Source: Phoronis australis
Lineage: Eukaryota > Animalia > Phoronida
Assembly (NCBI GenBank): GCA_002633005.1
Contig: NMRA01000003.1
Span: 666,696 to 730,695 of the forward strand
Direction of reading: 5' to 3'
DNA length: 64,000 bases
Shown: piece after piece, positions 52,751-64,000 of the stretch
Numbering within the stretch: the first letter of the stretch is position 1
Layout: every line of letters begins with the position of its first letter
The notes under the pieces: model-generated
Database searches by the model: none
The model's input: only the letters and a program-made list of their open reading frames with translations
Told to the model about the DNA's origin: nothing
Translations under genes and position numbers: made by a program

Positions 52751-55700
52751 GCTACTCGTTCTTACCCGTGTCAGACGTGCTATCAAAATGGCCTAGGCGA
52801 AAGGTTAGGTCAGTGGGGACCGTCGGCCGACTCGGCGGGGAGGTGTCGCCGGGGATGACCCCCCCCCCGATAAAGTCGTCACTTTGTTCTTCAAAGAAAG
52901 ATGAAGTTGGCTAGGTGGCCACTGTATTATGACTTCTGAGGATGGTGTTTAATAAATGACACCGAAACATGTCAAGTTTTAAAACCGTTGTTGTTTTCGT
53001 GAAAAGATGAAGTTGGAAGGAAATGAAATTGTTCAAAAAGAGCCTTCAAATAAGATTTTCCAAATGTGAAGTTTAAATGGCCCGTACTTATGCAAAATGG
53101 ATTTTTAACTATTGTGTTTTTTTTACTATCATCCTCTTTTTGTTGTTATTTTTCCCCTCACAATAGCATTATAAAATAACCGTTTGACTCAAAAATGAAG
53201 GTCGGAACAACAAAAAATGACAAGTTCACGAAGACCACTATATAGTGGGAGACATGCGCGCACCCACTACTGATGCAGCCTAATTAGGAAATAGGGGGCT
53301 CGAATTTTTGAGAACATGGACCTTTTACTAAAAAAAAGAAAAAGAAAAAGAAGGGGAAATCGGGGTACTTTCAGAGCTGTGGAGTGTGAATTTGCCGAAT
53401 TCCATCCTTTTTAGTGGATTTTTGTTTCGTTTTCTCGGACTTTTTGTTTCTCCGAGGCGGACCTTCTTGCTCACTCACAATTCGAGCCCCCCTGGGTGCG
53501 CGCACGGGAGACAATCTCAGGCGCCACTGCCGTGAGTCATTTTCCCTACACGACCACAAAAACGCCAGTTTTATAAAATCCATCTTTTAAGTGTAATCGA
53601 GACAAAAATATGCCAGTTTCAAAGTGTTGCATACGATCCTTCCTATAAAAGCTTTGTGGTTATTTAAAATCAATTATGTTAATTCTGATTCCTGTAGTAT
53701 ATGTATGCGAACGAATGTGGGACAATCAATTTGTTTACTGTTGTGTCATGCCTTCTTTTTGGCGCGATGAGAGCCTGTTATCAGCAAAAGTTGACTCCGA
53801 ACTCCGTTTAGAAAAAGACAATTGGAACCCCGCTTCAAAAAGAAAACAAAGTACTCGATTGGTTTCTATTGCACGCGAAATATTACATAAAAATTATACA
53901 CTTTAAAAATTAAAAAGAATACATTAACTTTGACTCTTTTTTATGAATTATTTGAAAATGAATTTTATAGCTGAGAGAATATTCTAAAGCAAAAAACTCC
54001 AAATTAAGTACAGGAAACCTGGAAACTGTGCTAACTATGTTATTCATTCATCGACACATGCATATGTTGCACACCACAGGTAATCTGAGATCGGCCTGAG
54101 CTGGGTAACTGCCCTGTGTATGATTAAAAATAAACTACTTCTACACTATCGTTAACATTTTTGTCATTTTATGTTATATTTGAATGACATTACCGCAGCA
54201 TTATTATTAATTATTTGTAATATTTTTTGAAGAATAAACGGTAAAAAAAAATTAAAAAACGCTGTCAGCATACCATTTTTATGGATTGCGCGAACATATT
54301 TCCATCAGCGAGAAATTGTGGTTGCCCGCCTCCTAAGTTTAGCGGTTACGCACCTGATGTTCACGACACAGGATTGTTTATGAGCTGTTTTTTCATGGAG
54401 GCGATTTAATTTTAAAACCAATCAAGTTTGAAATTTATGACAAACAGGTTTACAATTTGCTTTGAGAGGGGTCTATTCCGTCAGAGGAATAAGTGGTCGC
54501 TGGTACTAGGTACACACATGTACATGGCACAGCGCTAACGTGCGCTTATGCTGCTTGCGCTTTCTATTATTTTAGTCGAAGCTTCGATCTTAACAATATA
54601 AGCAGTGGTCACACACATCAGCACTACACTGCTATATAATCACTGGCATCTGATGATGGTCACCGGCCTCAATTTCAGTTCATTCCACCGAATGACTTGA
54701 ACACAATGTAGGAAAGAATTACTTGACGATTTCTAATAAAATCACAAAAACGCAACGGATTTTCCTGTTAATAGTTCTGGTCAAATAGAATTACTTCAGG
54801 ACGTCCGTAGTACACCTAAATTGTCGTCCTAAAACTCCCATTCATAGAAGCTGCACTACGCGCTCTGTCTGGCTGATAGTATTGAATTCTTAACCAGCGC
54901 TTCGGGTTTTAAAACAACACTACCCCCATCCGATCTTGGGTTGTTCCCCAAGGCTTAGAAGGCAATTCATTTCACAGGCATTAGCAACACTATTTTCCAC
55001 TTTGCTATTTTAGGATTGGCGAAGCCCGTAACCACCGTGGCGTTTTCTTTGACCGTTGATGACTTCGATTTTCTTCGTTGGTATCGTTTTTTTAGAAAAA
55101 GTTCTAACTTAACTTTTGTAAGCTAAACTTCACAGAGAAGAATGCAGCTTAAACGTCTACTGAGGCAGAAGAGTAATGCAACACTCACAACGAATACCCG
55201 ATGTATACACAAGAGTTTTACGTAGACATTACGGGCGTCCACTCATGCCTTTGTTCGCCAAATAAAACAGTTTTTTTAAACAAATGTTTGCTTAAGTTTT
55301 TGGCACGTCATAAGCATGCAAACAATGCACCCTCATAAACGCAGCCGCACACTGCAAATGTTCATGGAAGTCATTATACGTTATTTGTCCATTATACTAA
55401 CCCAATTTTCATTTAATTAATTAAGATGAAAAACCTTAAGGTCTTTTGTTTAGTAAGAAATGAACAAGAGCAACGTGGAGCGTTGAAATGCCCGAATTAC
55501 AGCCGACTCTCGTTTAGTCGGTTCTTAGAGACCTTATATCAATATTTCTTCTGTTAATTGGCAGCTTTTGTTCGACGTCACGACGTAAACGACACACGTC
55601 TACCACACTCAATGAACACATTAATGTAAACACGCATCGACTCAAAGCTGTCAGCAAATACAAACCCATCGCGGCAGCATCCGATTTTTGGTGTTTTGCA

Positions 55701-56661
55701 TGTAGGCAAATCTAGCAAAAAGTTTCCGTCTCAACTGGATAGTTTCAACGACTGAAAGTTGTATACAAGACACTTTCACTTAGTTGTCCCACAAATGAAT
55801 AGTATGACAGAACAACCCAATAAAACTAATTCATAGGTGAATATCAATAAATATGTTTATTGGTGTAATATTGGTGTAATATTGGAAGATAGAGTACACG
55901 TTTTTGCAGTCCCTCATGAATTACTGAAAGAATGAAATTATGAATAAAGTCCTAGGTGTTACTCCAGAGTTCGTCCCTTCCGATGAGCTTGTTGTCAAGC
56001 AGCAGTAAGTATATTGAGCGCTACTCAGATAACGTGACTCTTACCCTGGGACACATGGTTCCCCCAAAGACAAACGTTGGCACTAGTTTCGACCTAATTC
56101 TGGGAAATCGATGGGTGAAATAAGTTATGTCACACTGTGGTCCTAACGCAGCTCGTAAGCGTCCTTTTTGATTTAATTAATCACTTCATTCTTTGTTTAT
56201 CATGCTTTGGAAGTGTCCATTCTGATCCACCAAAACCACAACTTCAGCAATTACAATACAACCTGTTTCGCAGGAACTGACAACCACTAAATTATCCAGT
56301 CATGAATTCATTCTGTGGTACTATACTTTAAACAAATATAAAATTGTCAACTTATGGCACAAAAAGAATTGCCGGAAAAATAACGTGCAACAAAACATTA
56401 TGGCACGGACATGTGACCCTGAGCTGTACAAACATATAGCAACTGGTTTGTAGCAAGTTAAACAAGGTTGCCAAATTAAACGGCTCTTTACAGCTTTTGA
56501 TTCATGGAAACTTCAGAGTTTTAACTCAATTTTGATTTATTTTAAATCAGTCAACTCAAACAGGAGAAGAATCCTTCATTGACACCATCACATGTCCAGA
56601 TTGGGCACCTCCACTGGTCCATGTACCCGGAAATTGGTGGCAAAAAAAACAAGAACAACAG

Positions 56662-56737
56662 CAGGAGGTCTGGTACACATGGCAATGATCTGATACACCA
56701 GGAGGTCTGGTACACATGGCAATGATCTGATACACCA
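56662..56737. repeat. 37-bp tandem duplication
   Basis: CAGGAGGTCTGGTACACATGGCAATGATCTGATACAC x2. Confidence 0.9.
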
Positions 56738-57234
56738 TGTAGTAGTAGGCAATTAAATTGCCTCTGGATGCCACAGGCTGCTGATATTACCGTTCTCTAG
56801 ATAATCCGACCCGATACAATAGTATTTTTTAAATTTCTGTTTTGAAAGTTCTTAAATAGCATATTTGAATAATTCGTGAATAGTATATATGGTTAGGTTT
56901 TTAAATTTTCAAAATCGGACAAGAAAAATGACTTATAATATCACACTTTTGACAGATGTTGCCAGAATTCCGCTGGGTGTGAAACATAACTGTTCCTGTT
57001 ACCAAACCAGCAGTTAGCAGTTGGATTTTGAGGTAAGCCAAGTGTCATCGTACAATCCGTGGTATGAAAGTTAAAATACAAAATAAATTTTTATGGTAAA
57101 CATACATATACATGTTGGTATCAGGTGACTTATAATCCCAAGAGACTGTGGACGAATTGCATAAAAGTCTATTTGTTAAATTTCTATTGCATTCTGTGAT
57201 TGATGCATCTTTGTCATAAATATATTCCAGGAAA

Positions 57235-57453
57235 TCACCTCGAAACCAGAAGTTTTGCTAACTCATCTATTTTATCTTGATTTTGGTGCAGATAACACTG
57301 AGTTTCCCACAATGCCCTGGTAAGTATCTTGTCATCCCTACAATCTAGTGGTATTTCCTGAGACAACAATGGACTGAACCGAAAGAAGGGAACATTGATC
57401 ATGCTACACCAAGCTCTTGCTCTGTCAACAACACGGCCTTCAGCTTGAGTGGC
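57235..57453 (-). CDS. PLA2G6: PLA2G6 terminal coding exon
   Basis: [72 protein letters not shown]-stop. Confidence 0.93.
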   Translation of the reverse strand, partial: ATQAEGRVVDRARAWCSMINVPFFRFSPLLSQEIPLDCRDDKILTRALWETQCYLHQNQDKIDELAKLLVSR

Positions 57454-60400
57454 CTACAACGAACGTCACAAGTACAAATGAAATATGATTACATACCATG
57501 GAGTCTGATGTTTCAATGAAAATTTGGGAAATGCAAAACGAGGTTAGAGATAGTACCAGAAAGGCAAGAAACACCTACGGGGGAAAAATGACATTCAGTT
57601 AAAAACAAGGTGGAAAAATATGGCTGTTTTGCTAATAAACAATGATTAAACTTTGAAAATCACCAAAAACAAACAAATCAACAACATTGTTAGAAAAACA
57701 CGTTGCAGTTGCAGCAGATATTTAATAACATGGATTTCTCACCACAAACACAGTCTTCCCACAGACTAAGGCAAAATATTTGTTCGACTTCCCAAAACCG
57801 CTCTGAGGTGGCAATACGGTAACATCCTTTTTAAAATCTATCAGTCTATTTATATCAAACCTTTTTCTGTTATTTTATTTTTACCAAGCTCAAACTGGGG
57901 TTGACCCTGGGACCTTGTTAGATCATCAGTCCAGTACTGTATCCACTACACCAGTCATCCGAGTGCGGTGGCGAGAGTATTGGACTGACAATCAAAAGGT
58001 CTCAAGTTCAGCCCCAACTTGCACCAAGAAAAAGTAAAAAAGTAGTCATTGTTGACCTCATGAGTGTATCACGCACCGTGTTCATTCATCTAAGAACGCT
58101 GTTACACCTGAAGATGGCAGAGGAACTGACTGACAAAAACATCGAGCCAATGTAAATAGGCTAGAGGTTGGTGCAAATAGAACAAGATGTTATAAATCAC
58201 GTAAAAATTAATTGATTACTGAAGTCTTTTTGTAATTGTTTGTACAATGTGGAACCACTTCAATCTCACCTGATCAACAAGCAATTTACCCAGGGCCGAT
58301 GCACCAAAGCCAACATGGAACAAATCTACGACTCCTTTTGGAATGAACACATCACTATGAGCCACAGCCTCCACTGGGAAACGACCGGTGCCCAAAGATA
58401 CGACTATCCCCACAGGGACTGCCATGTGTGACTGGTTCTGCAATAGGGATAACAATTACAAGTAATAGTGGAGTGATGTCATTTTCTGCAAGGACGCAAA
58501 AACAATCATGAATTTTCTTACTTACTAAAGATATTGTGGCAATTGAAAACTTTTGTGGATTCTCCCCTCCTAAAAAATTGAAATTCGATATTTTACAACT
58601 GACCTACCTACTCTTCAAAAGTTTTTAAACCAATTCTTATGCACCAACTATGTTAATTGCTTGAGATTACTTCATTTCCAATTATGTGGCTAGGCCATTT
58701 TCAGGCTTTTTGATTTTCGATCTTTTCAGCAGTTTTGAACATTGATTTCTCCTCAGAGCCCATTGATTGGCATGAAATTTTGCATTTCATTTCATGGAAT
58801 ACGAAAGGGAATGAATTGCCTTCAAACGGTTTTAAAAAGGGTTTTTTGACAGCAGATACTTCTATAGCTTGAGGTTAAACCAGAAATGTGAGATATGGTT
58901 CCCACCATATTGGCAGGAAGAATTCATGTTCAAATAAATAATGACATTTTCACAAAAAAGACAAGAGCAATGCAAAGTGTTGAAATGCGCTTGTGACTTC
59001 ATTGCAAAAGAGTATGCTTCAAGTGAAGTTTATAAGCATCATAAAAGGACACCAGGAGGTGCAGAATATGTCAAAGCTGTCTGTAAGTGGAAAGGCCTCA
59101 CTATCTTCCTCACAAAAACCTTTTCATAGAATTCAAAGAGAATCTGTTTTGGAACTCTGAAGACACAGAGGGAAATGTAAAAAATAGAATTGTCACTATG
59201 TGGCCCACCAGTAGTCGAAAGAAGTTATCAGAAATACACCTGCCAAATTTTTGGAGAAACAACTGCCAATGTGAAAACAAAAACTGCCACTAAGGGGGCG
59301 CCACAGTAATCGAAACCGTGAAAACATCATTGTCAGCCACACTCTTCTCAGTAGGAACACATACATTAACTTTCATATAACAAACCCAAAAAGGATTCCA
59401 CCCCATATAAACATAACAACTAGAGTTTGAAGACAGTACTACATGGGCCCGGTATAACCAAGCTTTAGAAAATTATCTGCTGGACAAGTTTGAATGTTGC
59501 ATGAAGTCAAAAGCATTGTAGTTATCCAGCTTACAATTGTTTTTGCTATCCTGTTATGCAACCCGATGCCCTCTGGTACAACATTGCGAGCCTCGTGACC
59601 AGATGTAACCAAGCAACACTATTTTGCAAATAACTCAAAATTATTTACAGAGGCCTTCAGCTCCATATTGTGTTCATGAATCTCAGTCAGTGTGTCCAGG
59701 GTAGGATTGTTGGCTATAAGTCCACCATCAAGAAACCGCCCCGAAGATCGGAAGTATGTGGGGGCAGCACCGCTGCACCTGGCGGCACGCCACACTAGCT
59801 GTTCTGCAGTATTAAGGAAATAGAAGGATGTTAACATCTTGGTGAAAAAAGCATACATCATAGACTATGCATACACTGCCCAGATTAAGAGAGTGATTTA
59901 CCAAAAGGATTAGTTACAAGTTTACTTCATCATTCTTTTGTTTTTAGATGCTGGACAAATATGAGACACAGTGGCAATTGGACAGAATGAAGTAAAATTT
60001 TATGGGGAAAAATTCAGCAATAAAATCAGCAAAACCCTGGGTGGACTATATCCAGCGCGCACTTGCCTGGCAAGAAAAATATTCATGACAAAAACCAAAC
60101 AAATCTTCCATAATATCAATCAAACAGAAGGAAATTGGTTAGATCTAAAGTGTGACTTAAGTTTGTAAACAGTGTTTTTGCTAATTGGTCTCAAAAAATC
60201 CAGACAAATACGTATTTTATAGAAGCTAATAAAAATTAAAAAGTAAATGTCAAAGTGAAAGCACCTAGCCAACAACAAGTAATTTTACGTAAGATTCAAT
60301 TAAAAATCTTTGGTTAATTTATTTTCCTTTGCAGACACAAGTACTTTCACTTCATACAGGTCACATACTACATGCTTCACTACTTGGGAAAATTAATGCA

Positions 60401-63400
60401 AGGCGACCATGAATACAACAATGAATTAATTTACTAACCATGGGGAGAGAGAGTCTTTTTAAATCTATTATTTTCCGGACTGCCGTTAGGTGATGACGAT
60501 GACATTGGTTTTTCATAGTTACGGAATAGATGTAACTCAGCTGGCAAACGGTCTCCCAGGACACCCGTTACTATGACCCTAAAACAACAAGTGAGCTGCA
60601 GTCTGAGGATAAAGCTGTAACTAAAAATCAGTCATATGCAAAACATGTAAATTGCATAATTAACAATATTACCCAAACTTATTTAATTAGGTATTAGATA
60701 ACACATCTCTTATGTTTGCCAATGAATTCCTTAAACACTAATTTTACAAAATAATAGCATTAATTTTCAACAACATTAAAAGACTTAGGCCCCGCCAACT
60801 AGAACAACTCAAACTGTAGAATTCAAAACCATTTTTTTATTAATGGCCATTCACTTATAACAAAAACACAAAATGTCATTCAAAGCTATTTCTGATTTGA
60901 TCGATCAATTACCAACACTTTGTGTTCAAAATAATAACAAAGTCTTAGAGCTTACCTTGGTCTAGTGACTGCCATCATTTTAGTGTGTTCCCCAAACTCT
61001 GTCTTCAGCACTTCCTCCAGTGGTTCTGAATTATATGGTCGAGTCCCCGAGAACACCTTGTCCTTCATCCGGAAGTACATACCTTGGCAGTACTGTACAC
61101 TTTTACCTGAGAAAGGTTTACATACAATTAAGACATCAAGTCTCAAAGAATCATTATGGAAGTATCAGACTACACCAACTAATGTGCAAAGGCACAAGTC
61201 AGTACAAAATGACAGTTGTGAATGTGGAAAGAGAACATATGCAACTAAAAAAAATGATTCATTTTATGCACACAAGAATACAAAACATCCTATTGTTTGA
61301 ATGCCATGGCAGATATAACGGTAACAAATAATAGTCATTTTGACAATAGACACTTAAAAGGGTACCGCATTTTTAGAACCAGTTTGATGCCCGTAATTCA
61401 AAGGAGAAAATTGAGTCTCAAAATGCAGTACCTCTGTAAGTAACTATTACCATGATTTCTGCCTAGTAAGTCCACTAATTATCTCCTCTAAGACTAGTGC
61501 ACTATCAAAACCCCTTACAATCTAATAGATAATTAAACTCAAGTTAGCTAATAACTCGATTCATCTAGCTGATTCATATACAACTATGAGTATTACCATG
61601 TACAAGGGCCAGCGCCAGGATTCCCCCAGTACTAGTGCCCGAGATCCAGTCAAAACAGTCCTTGATTGGCCGACCTGCTGCCTTTTCTATCGCTTGAAGT
61701 ATCTCCACCAAGATCAAACCACGGATACCTCCACCATCCAGACACAATACCTGTAAGTTGGTAAAAACTAGTAATACTCAGTGCACAGAACATTAAGCAA
61801 TGAAGCAGCATATACCTTCACAATCCAGATACAATACCTGTAAGTCAGTAAAGACTAGCAAGACTCAGTGCAGTCAATAATATGGAACACGCAGTTAAGC
61901 AGTTAAGTTTGGAAAAACCTATATTTTTAAAATACAAGTGGGGTGCAGGGGTGTCCCTGCAAAGCCCCTTACTTAAATCTCCAGGTGCCTGGACATTTCT
62001 ATGCATTGCTGAGGGAGGTCACTGCTGCAACCAGACAAGCTTCCTGTTGTAACTGGTTAAAACAATGCCACATGCAAAAACAAAGACCTGATCTCACCAG
62101 CACGAAAGACTCTTGAGTTAGAGCAGAATGCAACCATTTTTCATGTTACCTTTCGTCACACTGCAGGTCCCTGGTTTTCTTAGACATACATTTTTACGTG
62201 TTAATTGCAGTTCCCAGCATATATTTATGGCATGTTTTCATGATTGGAAAAATATCTCTTTTGTGACATCGTAAATATTACACTTTGAGTTGTGCACACA
62301 TTTTACAATTTACGTGAGCAAATGAAATTAACTTTAACTTACATCTGAATAAAAAACATAGTTACCCTATGACCAATAGGTGGCTCCACTGGAGTATCCA
62401 CAACATCCATTCCTTCACTATTATTAAATGAGGTACTTTGTCCCGCTAGGGCAGCTACAGCAGCGACACCCAGGAGATGATCATAAACTAAAATGTACTA
62501 ATGTAATGTACTTTCAAAGAAATTCATTCAAACACAGCAAATCAATTATCTTCTAATTCAGTATTTAAACAAAAAAATCACCTGACAAAAAACTTAAACC
62601 CAGGTGCAATTAAGGCAATTGGATACCTTATTTATTAAGGCTCAAATTTCTTAAATAACTCTAGACTTTAAGTTTTAATTGTAAACTCATGAAGATTTAA
62701 AATCCTGGATGACAACAGAATGCCCAGATGTTCGTAATCATGTGACTTGAAAATCTTGAACTTAACATACAAAAATGCTAAATTAATAAACACGATTTAC
62801 TTTCATCACGCTCCTGGTTTTTTTAAGAAAGAAGTAGTTGACTTGAGAACGCCACAGTCATGACATGCGCATGTGCCAGTCGCACGTCTTACGTCATTGA
62901 CAAGCGACGCAAAATCGGAAGCAAATGACAACTTTGCCGTTACAAATTTTGATGAGCAGTTTGGTTCAATTGTTACTAAATACTCTCAAAATAACAATGA
63001 CATGAAACCAGTCTGGACAATTTGTTGTGTACTAACATAATCAGGAAACGCAAGGACCCATGACTGAAGAATCGACGTAAAAAGACATTATGGTGCTCTC
63101 TTTTGTGGATAGTTCAAATGATTGACGTACACGATCAATTCACAAAATAATATAGTTGCAGGATAATGGTTGTTTTTCAACAGGAACCAGTTTTTCAATC
63201 AGACAGTCATTACTGTTTGTATGCTGACTGACACTATTAACGTAACAACTTTACACTGTATACCTGCAGTTGGCAATCCCTGGAAGCAAGATCTATTTCA
63301 AATTATATGACATTTTATTTTGGAAAAACACAAAGGCACCAAAAATTCCTTTTGCTTTACCACTGAGGTGCAGCGACCTTTATCACATCGAGCAGCTTGG

Positions 63401-63633
63401 CTGGTCAGATGGGATCTGTGTTTTGCTGCTCAAGCCTGGAATATAAACAATGCATAAATATTGAAAGTAAAGTATACATACACTTTTTCTGGTGGTCATT
63501 GTTAGTCTGTATAGGATTTCCTTGAGGGTAACCATTAAATGTACCACCAGCCTTACACCCTTTGGAACAGCCGGTCATTTGCTTAGGACAGCGGAGAGCT
63601 CCGGTCATGCATAGGGTGTACACATGGATGTCC
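57235..63633 (-). CDS. PLA2G6: 85/88 kDa calcium-independent phospholipase A2 (iPLA2-beta, group VIA, patatin-like), last 8 coding exons; 5' part beyond the right edge
   Basis: Exons 63482-63633, 62366-62487, 61597-61750, 60956-61106, 60439-60578, 59649-59803, 58270-58437, 57235-57453 (TGA at 57235-57237); phases join correctly. Motifs [52 protein letters not shown] and [20 protein letters not shown] are characteristic of PLA2G6. Confidence 0.95.
57891..58026. repeat. Head-to-head pair of degenerate tRNA-like units forming an imperfect inverted repeat
   Basis: Left arm on the minus strand, TGGTGTAGTGG...CTGGACTGATGATC...AAGGTCCCAGGGTCAACCCC, aligns with the right arm GAGTGCGGTGG...TTGGACTGACAATC..AAGGTCTCAAGTTCAGCCCC. 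Confidence 0.6.
58960..59400 (+). mobile_element. Fragment of the same Helentron-like family
   Basis: GTAAAAAAT.AATTGTCACTA.GTG..CACCAGTAGT and ACACCTGCCAAAT match 8230-8330. The 5' motif ACAAGAGCAA.G...GTTGAAATG also occurs near 37544 and 55464. Confidence 0.45.
59649..59803 (-). CDS. PLA2G6: PLA2G6 exon with the catalytic Asp (DGG)
   Basis: [51 protein letters not shown]. Confidence 0.95.
61362..61432. mobile_element. MITE family A-related copy
   Basis: Shares the core AGAACCAGTTTGATGCCCGT.ATTCA.AGGAGAAAA with 42197-42235. Confidence 0.55.
61597..61750 (-). CDS. PLA2G6: PLA2G6 exon with the Gly-rich loop and catalytic Ser
   Basis: [51 protein letters not shown]; not in the ORF track, translated by hand. 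Confidence 0.95.
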
Positions 63634-64000
63634 CTGGAAGTAATTCATGTTCATTGAATTAAATTCGGATGACCATATGGCAATCTTATACTGTTCTAAA
63701 ATGAGTGAAACCATTTAGGTTTAAAACTACCAAGTATTATCGAATGGATTCAAAGACAATAGGTGCTTCCTCAGTTCCAATATAAAGCATACCAGTAGGT
63801 TTTCACAATAATACATAGTAACCACTTCAGCTGTATGGCTCGAAAGGTAACCTCTAAGAACTGACTCGGTTTGCTTAAATTTTATAACTTAGAAGTGCAC
63901 ATTAAGCAAAGAGCTTCCAAATAGCATGTCATGAACATGAACTTTAACCAACATTGCCTCATCACAACTCGTTTCATACACATTCTTTCACCCCAGTTAG

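Noticed and set aside
52811-53529. Single MITE bounded by CAGTGG...CCACTG
   Set aside because: The inverted match is only 6-7 bp and I found no target duplication; probably transposon debris, but boundaries are unsupported.
57961-58026. Functional tRNA gene ending in CCA
   Set aside because: Acceptor and D stems do not pair and the B-box is degenerate; reported as a tRNA-like repeat instead.
62150-62180. Possible PLA2G6 micro-exon
   Set aside because: Exon 62366-62487 joins 61750 in phase 0 ([11 protein letters not shown]) without it.
63361-63435. Possible extra PLA2G6 exon (CCAG acceptor, GTAAAG donor)
   Set aside because: Stops in all three frames, the upstream intron would be about 46 nt, and the flanking exons already join in phase.

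Overview
Eukaryotic, AT-rich, intron-dense animal DNA; the style suggests a marine invertebrate, probably a lophotrochozoan, but that is inference. Two spliced genes lie in tandem on the minus strand. (1) A giant cadherin gene fills about 988-49485 and runs off the left edge. I traced 59 GT-AG coding exons by hand with consistent phases (8853 nt, about 2950 aa): a signal peptide and about 27 cadherin (EC) repeats, with no transmembrane segment in the window. EC1-6 resemble, from memory, the protocadherin-15/Cad99C family. From the EC9-10 linker onward, 18 consecutive linkers replace the Ca-binding DxNDN motif with a shorter xRNxxxP motif, and the repeats are encoded by regular phase-0 exon pairs. 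(2) The 3' half of a calcium-independent phospholipase A2 gene (PLA2G6/iPLA2-beta, patatin domain) occupies 57235-63633 and begins beyond the right edge. Introns carry minisatellites, several MITE families (one with a nested insertion), a deleted PIF/Harbinger element, tRNA-derived SINEs and Helentron-like pieces. N bases at 17366 and 22516 mark scaffold joins; the first explains an apparent exon duplication. Most ORF-track entries are exon read-throughs or repeat translations. No database search was run, so family assignments rest on motif recognition.
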